Of a stretch of 64,000 nt of DNA, positions 10,071-19,947 are shown in pieces. Below the pieces are notes generated by a model. It saw only the letters and a list, made by a program, of their open reading frames with translations, ran no database searches and was not told the DNA's origin. Position 1 is the first letter of the stretch. The number at the start of each line of letters is the position of its first letter. The DNA lies in assembly GCA_016869145.1 (NCBI GenBank), contig VGEU01000001.1, positions 127,237 to 191,236 on the forward strand. The letters are read 5' to 3'. The translations under genes were made by a program, and so were the position numbers. The stretch comes from Alphaproteobacteria bacterium. GTDB lineage: Bacteria; Pseudomonadota; Alphaproteobacteria; MPNO01; VGEU01.

Positions 10071-11186
10071 ATGGCGGGCAAGGCGCAGGCGGCGGTTTTG
10101 ACGGGGCCGCGCCAGATCGAGTTTCAGGAATTCGTGCTCCCCGAGATCGGCCCCGAGGAAGGGTTGATCCGCATGGAGGCCGCGGGGCTCTGCGGCACCG
10201 ACTACGAGCAGTATGCGGGACATCTCACGGGGACGCCGTGGGACATCACGCCGATCATCCCCGGCCACGAGATCCAGGGCCGGGTCGAGCGCATCGGCGC
10301 CGAGGCTTCACGACGGCGTGGCCTCAAGGAAGGCGATCGCGTCGTCGTCGAGGCGATCATCCCGTGCGGCCAGTGCTTCCAGTGCGCGATCGGCGCGACA
10401 ACGCTCTGCGAGTCCGGGCTCGGATACGGGCTCTATGTCCGATCGAACAGCGCACCTCATCTCTGGGGCGGCTACGCGACGCATCTCTATCTCCATCCCC
10501 GCGCGCTCGTGCACAAGGTGCCCGACAACATCCCGACCGATATCCTGTCGCTGTTCAACCCGCTGTCGAACGCGGTGCGCTGGGCCTATGAGCTGCCGCA
10601 GACCGGGATCGGCGACGTCATCGTGATCGCGGGCCCCGGCCAGCGCGGCCTCTTGTCGGTCGTCGCGGCGCGCGAGGCCGGCGCCGGCACCGTCATCATC
10701 ACCGGGACCAAGCAGGACAAGCACCGCCTCGCGCTCGCAAAGGAGCTCGGCGCCGACGCGACCATCGAGGTCGACAGCGAGGACCCGGTCCGCCGCGTCC
10801 TCGAGATCACCGGCGGCCGCAAGGCCGATGTCGTCCTCGATGTCTCCGCCGGCGCCACCGCGCCGATCATCCAGGCCGTCGACATGGTGCGTCGCGGCGG
10901 CAAGATCGTCCTCGCCGGGCTCAAGAGCTTCAAGCCGGTCGGCAACCTGATCACCGACAAGATCGTGATCAACGAGATCCAGATGCTCGGCGTGCTCTCC
11001 GCCGGCTGGGTCTCGATCGAGAAGGCGATCGACATCCTGAAGCGCAGGGGGCATGAGCTGCAGGCACTCTGCTCGCACACGCTGCCGCTCGAAGAGGCCG
11101 ACAAGGCCGTTCGGCTCCTCGGGCGCGAGATCAGCGACGGGCCCGAGGTCGTCCACCTCGCGCTCACCGTCGACAAATCCATCTGA
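10071..11186 (+). CDS. zinc-dependent alcohol dehydrogenase (MDR family)
   Basis: Catalytic Zn ligands (GHEIQG) and structural Zn cysteines (CGQCFQC); Rossmann motif GPGQRG. Confidence 0.85.
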   Translation: MAGKAQAAVLTGPRQIEFQEFVLPEIGPEEGLIRMEAAGLCGTDYEQYAGHLTGTPWDITPIIPGHEIQGRVERIGAEASRRRGLKEGDRVVVEAIIPCGQCFQCAIGATTLCESGLGYGLYVRSNSAPHLWGGYATHLYLHPRALVHKVPDNIPTDILSLFNPLSNAVRWAYELPQTGIGDVIVIAGPGQRGLLSVVAAREAGAGTVIITGTKQDKHRLALAKELGADATIEVDSEDPVRRVLEITGGRKADVVLDVSAGATAPIIQAVDMVRRGGKIVLAGLKSFKPVGNLITDKIVINEIQMLGVLSAGWVSIEKAIDILKRRGHELQALCSHTLPLEEADKAVRLLGREISDGPEVVHLALTVDKSI

Positions 11187-11208
11187 ACCGAGAACGGGAG
11201 ACGACAGC

Positions 11209-12057
11209 ATGAGTGATGGATCGGTGCGCGACCGGGTCGCGATCATGACCGGCGCCGGGCGCGGCCTCGGCCGCGCGATGACGTTGGGCCTTCTCAAGGC
11301 CGGCGCGCGGGTGTGCATGGTCGAGGTCGACCAGGACGTGCTCGACGACGCGGCCAAGGAAGCGCAGAAGATCGGCGGCGAGCGAGCGGTGATCGCGATC
11401 CGCGCCGACGTCGCCAAGCGCGACGATGCACGCATGATCGTCGATCGAACCCGGAAGGAGCTCGGCGGGCTCCACATCCTCATGAACAACGCCGCGATCG
11501 GCCCGCAGGCGGCCGGCCCCGGCTATATGACCAATCCGGGCAAGCTGTGGAACCTCGACCCCGAGACCTGGCGGCGGACGGTCGAGGCCAACACGACCGG
11601 CCCGTTCACGATGATGCAGGCGGTGGCGCCGCACCTCGTGCAGCAGAAATGGGGCCGCATCCTCACCGTCACCACCAGTCTCGATACGATGACCCGCGGC
11701 GGCATCGGCGCCTATGGTCCGGCGAAGGCGGGCGCGGAGGCGATGATGGCGGTCATCTCGGAGGAGCTCGAAGGCTCGGGCGTCACCGCGAACGTGCTGG
11801 TCCCGGGCGGTCCGGCGAACACGCGCATGATTCCGAACGAGGGCGTCTATGCTAAACGGAGCGAGCTGATCCAGCCCGACGTGATGGTGCCGCCGCTTCT
11901 CTGGCTGTGCTCGACGGCGGCCGACAAGGTCAACGCGCGACGCTTCCGGGCCGCGGCCTGGGACACGAAGCTCGCACCGGAGAAGGCCGCCGAGATCGCC
12001 GGTGCGCCGATCGCCTGGCTCGGCCTCGGCCGCCAGTCGATCCATCCCGGCCGTTGA
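11209..12057 (+). CDS. SDR family oxidoreductase
   Basis: TGAGRGLG motif, NNAA, and YGPAK catalytic motif; start at MSDGSV with an upstream GGAG ribosome-binding site. Confidence 0.8.
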   Translation: MSDGSVRDRVAIMTGAGRGLGRAMTLGLLKAGARVCMVEVDQDVLDDAAKEAQKIGGERAVIAIRADVAKRDDARMIVDRTRKELGGLHILMNNAAIGPQAAGPGYMTNPGKLWNLDPETWRRTVEANTTGPFTMMQAVAPHLVQQKWGRILTVTTSLDTMTRGGIGAYGPAKAGAEAMMAVISEELEGSGVTANVLVPGGPANTRMIPNEGVYAKRSELIQPDVMVPPLLWLCSTAADKVNARRFRAAAWDTKLAPEKAAEIAGAPIAWLGLGRQSIHPGR

Positions 12058-12062
12058 CACGA

Positions 12063-12090
12063 GGCCGCGCCGGTTTCTGCCGGCGCGGCC
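12063..12090. terminator. GC hairpin between convergent genes (putative bidirectional terminator)
   Basis: ggccgcgccgg-tttct-ccggcgcggcc perfect 11-12 bp stem between the SDR stop (12057) and the MBL hydrolase stop (12100). Confidence 0.4.
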
Positions 12091-12099
12091 CGTCCGATT

Positions 12100-12975
12100 T
12101 CAGGGATTGGGCACGCGCTGGTTGGCGACGTGCCGCCACATGCCCTCGATGTTGAGCGGCAGGAACTGCTCGTACTGTCCCCAGCCCTGGTACTTCGCAA
12201 GCTTGATCGACTGCTTGGCATCGTCGAGCGTCCGCCCGGCGCGCGCCACCGCGACCACCTCTGTCCACAGATCGGAAAGGTACTCGCGGGAGGCGACGGC
12301 ATCGGCCTTGCTGCCGAGCGGCCCGCGCCCGGGGGCGAGAATGTCGAAGTCCATCTGCTCGACCCGGCGGATCGAATCGATCCAGTCCGGCCAGTACGAG
12401 TCGGGCAGCGCGCGGAACGCGAGCGACTTCACCGGGATGAAATCGACCGCGAAGGCGACGCGCTCGGCCGGGAATCGAATCACGATGGAATTGTCCGAGT
12501 GGTTGCGCCCGACATAGGAGAGCTCGACCGTCCTGCCGCCCAGGACGAGCGTCATCCGGTCGGTGAAGGTGACGGCTGGCACCGCGGTCGGCCGACGCTC
12601 GGCGATGATCGTCCGCCGCGCGTTCTCGTGCGCGACGACGACCGCCGTGTCGGCGAATACCTCGCCACCCGAGATGTGATCGGCGTGGTCGTGGCTGTAG
12701 ACGAGGTAGCGCACCGGCCGGTTGAACCGCTTGGCGATCTCGTCCTTCAACCAGCGCGCCGCATCGGCGTTGATCGGGTCGGTCGCGATCACGCCCTCGG
12801 GCGTCACATAGAAGACCGAATAGTGGAAGTTGTTCTGGAAGCGGTAGAGATCGCCGGTGATCTGGGTGATGGCGCGGGTCGGCGCCGCTGGCGCCGGCGC
12901 CTGCGCCGCGGCGGGCGCCAGCATGGATGCGGACAGCAGTAGTATCGCCGCGAAGGGTCCGGTCGGTCTCGCCAT
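12100..12975 (-). CDS. MBL-fold metallo-hydrolase, secreted
   Basis: Signal peptide MARPTGPFAAILLLSASMLAPAAAQA and the HxHxDH motif (YSHDHADH). The ORF extends to 13755, but that part is in a non-coding-looking frame. Confidence 0.8.
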   Translation of the reverse strand: MARPTGPFAAILLLSASMLAPAAAQAPAPAAPTRAITQITGDLYRFQNNFHYSVFYVTPEGVIATDPINADAARWLKDEIAKRFNRPVRYLVYSHDHADHISGGEVFADTAVVVAHENARRTIIAERRPTAVPAVTFTDRMTLVLGGRTVELSYVGRNHSDNSIVIRFPAERVAFAVDFIPVKSLAFRALPDSYWPDWIDSIRRVEQMDFDILAPGRGPLGSKADAVASREYLSDLWTEVVAVARAGRTLDDAKQSIKLAKYQGWGQYEQFLPLNIEGMWRHVANQRVPNP

Positions 12976-13134
12976 CGATGTCCTCCCCTGTTCGAACAAG
13001 TTATCGTTGCCCGACGGCGCGCCCGCGCCTATGGCTTCGCGGAGCCGCCGGGGTCCAGTCTGGGCCCGGACGGGGCCGCGTCTCAATTCACGGGCCGGTG
13101 AATACACGCTTACACCGATACGAGGTGGCTCCCA

Positions 13135-13734
13135 GTGCAGGACGACAGTCAGAACCCGTGGACCACACTCGCATCGGCCGAGCGCTACGAGAACCCGTGG
13201 ATCCGCGTCGTCGAGCATCAGGTGCTGAACCCCTCGGGCAAGCCCGGCATCTACGGCACGGTTCACTTCAAGAACCTCGCGCTCGGCGTTCTGCCTGTCG
13301 ATGCCGAGGGGCATACCTACCTCGTCGGCCAGTACCGCTACCCGCTCGGCCGCTACAGTTGGGAGATCCCGGAAGGCGGCGGGCGCCACGACGTCGATCC
13401 GCTCACCTCGGCCAAGCGCGAGCTGATGGAGGAGGTCGGGCTTGCCGCGAGCCACTGGCAGGAGATCATCCACCTCGATCTCTCGAACAGCGTCACCGAC
13501 GAGCGCGCGGTCTGCTTCCTCGCCTGGGGGCTGACCCAGGGCGACGCCCAGCCCGACGACACCGAGAAGCTCGCGATCCGCCGCCTGCCCGTGAGCGAGG
13601 CGATCGCCATGGCGGTTCGCGGCGACATCACGGATGCGATGAGCGTCGCGGCGCTCCTGCGGTTCGACGTGATGGCGCTCACCGGCGCGTTGCCGCCGGC
13701 GCTCCGGCCGCTCTTTCCCGTCACGCGAAGGTGA
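13135..13734 (+). CDS. NUDIX hydrolase
   Basis: Nudix box GGG..-x-..AKRELMEEVGL. Confidence 0.8.
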   Translation: MQDDSQNPWTTLASAERYENPWIRVVEHQVLNPSGKPGIYGTVHFKNLALGVLPVDAEGHTYLVGQYRYPLGRYSWEIPEGGGRHDVDPLTSAKRELMEEVGLAASHWQEIIHLDLSNSVTDERAVCFLAWGLTQGDAQPDDTEKLAIRRLPVSEAIAMAVRGDITDAMSVAALLRFDVMALTGALPPALRPLFPVTRR

Positions 13735-13790
13735 CACGACGGTGCAACGGTGCACCGATAGCGTGAGCCATCACAGAAAAGGGAAACGCC

Positions 13791-14171
13791 ATGCAGCCCA
13801 ACACGTTCGTCTGGAACGAGCTGATGACCACCGACACCGACAAGGCCGGACGCTTCTATGCCGCCATGTTCGGCTGGAGCACCAAGTCGGTCGAGATGGC
13901 CGACGGCATGCGCTACACGCTGTTCCAACGCAACGGCGAGGACGTCGGCGGGATGATCAAAATGGACGGCCCGCAATTTCAAGGCGTGCCGCCGCATTGG
14001 ATGACCTATGTCGCCGTCGAGGACGTCGACGCGACGGCCGCCAAGGCGCGCTCGGCCGGCGGCACGATCATCGTCGCGCCGTTCGACGTGCCGACCGTCG
14101 GACGCATGGCCGTCGTGACCGACCCGACCGGTGCGCCCCTCTCGTTCATCAAGTTCTCGATGCCGATGTGA
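13791..14171 (+). CDS. VOC family / glyoxalase-like protein
   Basis: 126 aa with PhnB/glyoxalase-like fold signatures (FVWNELMTTD, GMIKMDG, HWMTYVAVEDVD). Confidence 0.7.
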   Translation: MQPNTFVWNELMTTDTDKAGRFYAAMFGWSTKSVEMADGMRYTLFQRNGEDVGGMIKMDGPQFQGVPPHWMTYVAVEDVDATAAKARSAGGTIIVAPFDVPTVGRMAVVTDPTGAPLSFIKFSMPM

Positions 14172-15416
14172 TCACTTCGGCAGCGTCTCGAGCGTCGCGC
14201 GGATCGTCGCGAGCCGTCGGACGGTGATCAACGCGACCATGATGCAGAGGATGCCGCCGCCGATCACCGGCGCCTGCAGCCCGAAATACTCCGACAGCCA
14301 GCCCATGATCAGCGCACCGACCGCCGGCCCACCACGGAAGATCATGCCGTAGAGGCTCATCACGCGCCCGCGCACCGGGCCGGCGACCGCCGCCTGCATC
14401 ATGGTCTGGGTCCCGGTCCCGATCACCTGCATGCCGAACCCGGCGACGACGGTCATCGGTACGGCAAGCCAGAAATTGTCGATCGAGCCGAACGCCGCGA
14501 GCGAGAGGCCGCCGATCACGAGACCCCAGACGGTGATCCGGGCGAGCCCTGCGATGCCGGCGCGCTGGCCGAGCCACACCGCACCGATGACGGCGCCGAT
14601 CCCGGTGGTCGCGGTCATGATCGCGAGCTCGTGCGGCCCGCCCTTGAACACATCGCCCGCGAAACCGGCCAGGAGCTCCATATAGGGCTTGATGCCGAGC
14701 GCGGCGGCGACGAGGACGACGAGCATCGCCGCGATCCCGCGATGGCCGAGCGCGTAGCGCATGCCTTCGACGAACTGGCCGATCGCGTTGCCGGCGGGCC
14801 GCGCCGTCGTCTCCTCGGCCAGCATCTTCACGCGCGTCAGCACGCATGCGAACACGGTGAATGTCGCCGCGTTGATCGCGAAGGCCGTGCCGACGCCGAA
14901 CTGATCGATGATGATGCCGGCGAAGGCGGGCCCGATGAAGCGCGCGAGGTTAAAATGCGTCGCATCGATCGCGATCGCGGCGCCGAGATGCTCGCGCGGG
15001 ACGAGGTTGGGAACGAAGGTCAGTCGCGCCGCGGTGTTGACCGCCGCCACCATGCCGGCGAGGAGGGTGATCGCGAGGAGGCTCCAGATGTCGACGATGC
15101 CCGCGACCGTGATCGCGGCGAGAATGGCGGCCAGCACGGCTTGCAGGACCTGGGTGATCAGGATCAAACGATGCCGGTTGACCCGGTCGGCGAGCACGCC
15201 CGCGAACGGCGTCAGCACGAAGGACGGGAAGAAGTCGGCGAACGCCATCAGGCCGAGCCACGCGCCCGATTGCGTGAGCTCCCAGGTGAGCCAGCCGGCG
15301 GCGACGCGGTGGATCCAGAGCCCGATCAGCCCGATCGACGAGCCGGCGATATAGAGCCCGTAATTCCCCTGGCCGAGCGCGTCGGTGATGCGGCCGAAAT
15401 TGGCGAAGCGCGCCAT
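14172..15416 (-). CDS. MFS transporter (EntS-like exporter family)
   Basis: 12 predicted TM helices with MFS motifs; start at MARFANF (Met 47 of the ORF); TGA stop. Confidence 0.85.
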   Translation of the reverse strand: MARFANFGRITDALGQGNYGLYIAGSSIGLIGLWIHRVAAGWLTWELTQSGAWLGLMAFADFFPSFVLTPFAGVLADRVNRHRLILITQVLQAVLAAILAAITVAGIVDIWSLLAITLLAGMVAAVNTAARLTFVPNLVPREHLGAAIAIDATHFNLARFIGPAFAGIIIDQFGVGTAFAINAATFTVFACVLTRVKMLAEETTARPAGNAIGQFVEGMRYALGHRGIAAMLVVLVAAALGIKPYMELLAGFAGDVFKGGPHELAIMTATTGIGAVIGAVWLGQRAGIAGLARITVWGLVIGGLSLAAFGSIDNFWLAVPMTVVAGFGMQVIGTGTQTMMQAAVAGPVRGRVMSLYGMIFRGGPAVGALIMGWLSEYFGLQAPVIGGGILCIMVALITVRRLATIRATLETLPK

Positions 15417-15604
15417 GGCGGGTGGGTGGTTCCGTTGTCGGATCGGGGCACACGCCCGGGTAGAGCCGGTCGAGACGGCTCGGTCGATGATAGTCGAGGT
15501 GGTGTGCCGAGCGGCAGGAATCGCCGCCGAATGGGACCGTCTCGCGCTTGACACGGTGCGGCGCGGACCTTATGGTGTTCCTGTTTTGTTCTCTCTTTCG
15601 TCCG

Positions 15605-15856
15605 ATGCCATCCCGCGATGAAGAACCGGTCCCGCTCGCGAGCTATCGCGGTATCGCCCACCGGCTCACCGCGATCTGCGAGACCTGCCTCCACAGCGCC
15701 CGCCTCGACCGCGAGGCATTGATCGCCTGCCTCGGTCCCAACGCGACGACCGCGGAACTCCGACGGCGGCTCCGCTGCTCGCGCTGCGGCGGCCGCGACA
15801 TCGCGCTTCAGGTTAACGGCTCGCCGTGCGGCGCGATGGCGCGTCACGGACCGTGA
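15605..15856 (+). CDS. small hypothetical protein with a Cys4 zinc-ribbon-like motif
   Basis: 83 aa with CETC...(33 aa)...CSRCGG spacing; high GC3 consistent with coding; sits in the divergent intergenic region. Confidence 0.3.
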   Translation: MPSRDEEPVPLASYRGIAHRLTAICETCLHSARLDREALIACLGPNATTAELRRRLRCSRCGGRDIALQVNGSPCGAMARHGP

Positions 15857-15982
15857 CAATCGGCGCAGATCCGTCCGCCCGATCAACTGGCGATCCAAAA
15901 CCGAGTGTGGTTAGCTGCGAGCGACCTGATCCTCGGTCCACCCACAGCCGAGCGATACGCTGCCAAGGGCCGCAACGTGAGC

Positions 15983-18455
15983 ATGACCGCTGTGATCCCC
16001 GTGGTCCTCGCGATCGCGGCCCTGCTGGTGCTGGCGAGCGTGCTTCTGCCGCTTGCCGATCGGCTCAACCTGCCGCATGTCGTGCTCATCGCAGGCCTCG
16101 GCATGGTCATCGGCCTCGGCTCGCTCTGGATCGAGAGCGACGCGCTCGAGGGGATCGTGGGCGATGCCGTTCGCGGCCTCAACAGCCTGCGGCTTCCATC
16201 CGAGGCGTTCCTGTTCGTCTTCCTGCCGATCCTCCTGTTCACGGTCGGGCTGACGAGCGAGGTCCGCCGCCTGTTCGATGACATCGCGGCCGTCCTTCTC
16301 CTCGCGGTCGTCGCCGTCGTCGTCTGCACCGTCTTCGTCGGCGTGTCGCTGTCGCTGGTCGGATAGGCCGGGCTGATCGTCTGTCTCCTCGTCGGATCGA
16401 TCATCGCGACGACCGATCCCGCGGCCGTGGTTGCGACCTTCCGCGATCTCGGCGCGCCGCGGCGGCTGTCGATCCTGGTCGAGGGCGAGAGCCTCTTCAA
16501 CGACGCCGCGGCGATCGCGCTCTTCGCCCTCCTCCTCGACGTCCTGATGGGATCGCGCGAGCCGAGCGTGATCGACGGAACGCTCGCCTTTCTCAAGGGC
16601 TTCCTCGGGGGCATCGCGGTCGGTTACGTAATGGGCCGACTGGTCTCGGCGCTTCTGCCGTCGCTTCGCGAGGCGCTGGTCGCGGAGATCACCGTCTCGG
16701 TCGCGCTCGCCTATTTCTCGTTCATCGTCGGCGAGCATTATCTCCACGTCTCGGGCATCGTCGCCGTCGTCACCGCGGCGCTCACCTTCGCCGTCTACGC
16801 GCCGACGCGGATGACACCCGACAACTGGAACACGCTGGTCGAGACCTGGAAGCAGCTTGAGTTCTGGGCCAACTCACTCATCTTCGTGCTCGCCGCCGTG
16901 CTCGCGGCGCGCGTCCTGAGCGATGTCACGCTCGCCGATCTCGGGCTCCTTGGCATCCTGATCGTCGCCGCCTATGCCGCGCGCGCCTTCACGCTCTACG
17001 TGCTTCTGCCGGGCCTCACGGCGATCCGGGTCACCTAGCCGGTCGCCGGCGCCCATCGCGCAGTGATCCTCTGGGGCGGGCTCCGCGGCGCGGTCACCAT
17101 GGTGCTCGCGCTCGCGGCGGCCGATCACCCAGGCCTCAGCGACGCTCAGCAGCATTTCGTCGGCGTGCTGGCGCTCGGCTTCGTCATCTTCACCCTCTTC
17201 GTCGGCGCCCCGACGCTCCGCCCCCTCCTCCATCTCCTTGGGCTGCACAAGCTGAGCGCGACCGAGGCCGCGCTCCGCGACCGCGTGATGGCGCTGTCGC
17301 GGGGCGAGATCCGCGACCAGCTCGATGTCGTCGCGCGCGACTACGGCCTCGCCCCGCGTCCCGTCGATCAAGCGACCCAGCCGTCGGCGCGCGACAGCGA
17401 GGTCGTGCCCCTCATTCCGGGCGACCGCATCGCGGTCGGCCTTCTCACCCTCGCCACCCGCGAGCGCGACCTCTACTATCTCCACTTCCGCGACCGGACG
17501 ATCTCGCGCCACATGGCGCGCGTTGTGATGTCGGCGTCCGACCATCTGTTCGATCTCGTGAAGACGGGCGGGGTCAAGGGCTATCACCGAGCGGGCAGCG
17601 AGATGGTGCGGCTGTCGCAGCGGCTACGCCTCGGGCTCTGGATTCACCGGCGCACCGGCTGGAGCGATTCGCTGTCAGCGGCGCTCGCCGACCGCTTCGA
17701 GTCGCTCCTCGTCATGCAGCTCGTGCTGCGCGGCCTCGTCGCGTTCAACAACGATTCGATCGCCGCCCTTGTCGGTGCCGAGACCTGCGAGACGCTCCAG
17801 ACGCTCCTCGCGAACGCGCCGAATCCGTCGATACCGCGCTCGCCGCGATCGAGCTCCAGTATCCGCGCTATACGAGCGCGCTCCGCGAGCATCATCTGAA
17901 GCGGGCGGAGATCCGCTTCCAGAGCGATTCCTACCGCCGCAAGCTCGAGGACACGCTGATCAGCCGCGAGGTCTATGGCGATCTGCAGCGAGCGCTCCGC
18001 AAGCGCCACCAGGAGATCGAACGGCGGCCGCCGCTCGATCTCGGGCTCAAGCTGGCCGAGATGGTGGGGCGCGTCCCGAGTTCGCCAATCTCGACGCCGA
18101 TCGCCTCGCGCACGTCGTCCGCCGGCTTCGGCCCCGGCTCGCCGTGCCGGGTGAACGGATCATCGCCAAGGGCGAGCGCGGCGACGAGATGTACTTCATC
18201 GCCTCGGGCGAGGTCGATGTCATCACGCCGTCGGGCCCCATTGCGCTGACGACGGGCGCCTTCTTCGGCGAGATGGCGCTGCTCACGCGCCAGCCGCGCA
18301 ACGCCGACGTCGTCGCATCCGGCTATGTTCAGCTTCTCGTCCTCGAGGGCGGCGATTTCCGGACCCTGATGCGGAGCGACGAGACAATCCGCGCCGAGAT
18401 CGAACGGGTCGTCGCGGAGCGGCGCGGCGGCACGGAGCAGCGCCTCGCCGAGTAG
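15983..18455 (+). pseudogene. CPA1 Na+/H+ antiporter with C-terminal cyclic-nucleotide-binding domain, disrupted
   Basis: Three consecutive same-frame ORFs (15905-16366, 16427-17038, 17063-17899) are separated only by TAG codons at 16364-16366 and 17036-17038. Translation is continuous across both: ...SLVG*AGLIVCLLVGSIIATTDPAAV... and ...AIRVT*PVAGAHRAVILWGGLRGAV.... Two further frame changes occur near 17825 and near 18070 before the cNMP-binding domain (GERIIAKGERGDEMYFIASGEVDV...FFGEMALL). Confidence 0.75.
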
Positions 18456-18460
18456 GGTCG

Positions 18461-19936
18461 TCAGCCGCCGTTCGCTTGCCAGAGCGCGAGGAGCGCCGTC
18501 CGGTCGAGCTTGCCGCGCGCCGTCTTCGGGATCGAGGCGACGATCCGGATCGCGCGCGGGCGACGCGATGCCGGCAGTGCCGCCGCGGAGCGCGCCATGA
18601 GCGCGATGATGTCGATCGTCTTCCCCTCGACCGCGACCACGTAGCTCACCACGTCTTCGCCGAAAATCGGATCGGGCACCCCGATCGTCGCCGCCTCGGC
18701 GACCGACGGATCGGCCGCGAGCACGGCGTCGATCTCGAGCGGCAAGATAGTGACGCCACCCCGGATGATCACGTCCTTGACCCGTCCCGTGATAAAGAGA
18801 TAGCCGTCGGCATCGAACTGGCCGAGATCGCCGGTCCGGATGCGGCGGCCCGGGATTGGCGCGATCGAACCATCGGGCGCGAGAAAGCCGAGACCGATCT
18901 GCGGTCCCGTCACCTCGATCTCGCCCGTCTCGCCCGCCGGCACCGGCGCACCCGCCTCGTCGACGACCCGGACGGTCTGGCGGAAGCCCGGTCGCCCGAC
19001 GCTCCCGATCCGGCGCGCCGCGGGCGGGTTGGCTGCGATGACGCCCGCCTCGGAGGAACCATAATGCTGGACGAGCGGCACGCCATAGGCGGCCTCGCAG
19101 CGCTGGTGCTGGTCCGGCGCGAGCGGCGCCGTGCTCGAGGTGACGAAGCGGACGCTCGCAAGCGCATCGGACCCGACCTCGACCGGGCGCGCCATCAGCA
19201 TGTTGAGGACCGTCGGGACGGCGATCACGACGGTGGGCCAATAGCGCCGCACCCAGTCGAAGAACGCGCTCTGCGAGAAATGCGGCGCGAAGGCGAGACA
19301 GGATCCGGTGAGGAGGAGCGGCGTCAGCGCCATCGCGATCGGCGAGATCCAGGAGAACGACCGGTATTCGAGGATGCAATCGTCCTCGCTCAGGACCCAG
19401 CGCTCGACATAATGCCGTCCCATCGCCTCGAGGCTCGCGTGGCTGTGGACGACCCCCTTCGGCGTTCCGGTCGACCCCGAGGTGAACACCACGAGCGCGG
19501 GATCGTCCGGGTGCCCCGGCGGCACCGAGGTCGGGTGGAGGCCGGCCTCGGCGGGCTCCGCGACCTCGACGAGGCGGGCGATTTCGGGCGCGACGCGCCG
19601 ATACGCCTCGACATGCGCCGGCGGCACGTAGAGGAGCGCCGGGCGAAGCCGACCCACGAGCTCGGCCGCGACCGCGGGCGGAGAATCGCTCGGCACCGCG
19701 GCAAAGCTCGCACCCCGGAGAAGCGTCGCGACAAAGAGAACGATCGTCTCGAGTGTCGTCTCGGCGACAACCGCGACGCGGTCGCCGCGGCCGATGCCGC
19801 GGGCGCGGAGGGTCTCGGCCGTCTCCTCGCTCCACGCCGCGAGCGCGCGCCAGGTAAGATCGCGCCCGCTCTCGATCGCGCGGAGGCAGACCGCATCGGG
19901 CTTCGCGGCCGCCCAGTGGAATAGGAGGTCGCGCAT
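18461..19936 (-). CDS. AMP-dependent acyl-CoA synthetase/ligase
   Basis: AMP-binding signature TSGSTGTPKGV and conserved C-terminal lysine region (PKTARGKLDR). Confidence 0.85.
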   Translation of the reverse strand: MRDLLFHWAAAKPDAVCLRAIESGRDLTWRALAAWSEETAETLRARGIGRGDRVAVVAETTLETIVLFVATLLRGASFAAVPSDSPPAVAAELVGRLRPALLYVPPAHVEAYRRVAPEIARLVEVAEPAEAGLHPTSVPPGHPDDPALVVFTSGSTGTPKGVVHSHASLEAMGRHYVERWVLSEDDCILEYRSFSWISPIAMALTPLLLTGSCLAFAPHFSQSAFFDWVRRYWPTVVIAVPTVLNMLMARPVEVGSDALASVRFVTSSTAPLAPDQHQRCEAAYGVPLVQHYGSSEAGVIAANPPAARRIGSVGRPGFRQTVRVVDEAGAPVPAGETGEIEVTGPQIGLGFLAPDGSIAPIPGRRIRTGDLGQFDADGYLFITGRVKDVIIRGGVTILPLEIDAVLAADPSVAEAATIGVPDPIFGEDVVSYVVAVEGKTIDIIALMARSAAALPASRRPRAIRIVASIPKTARGKLDRTALLALWQANGG

Positions 19937-19947
19937 CCTCCCTCCGG

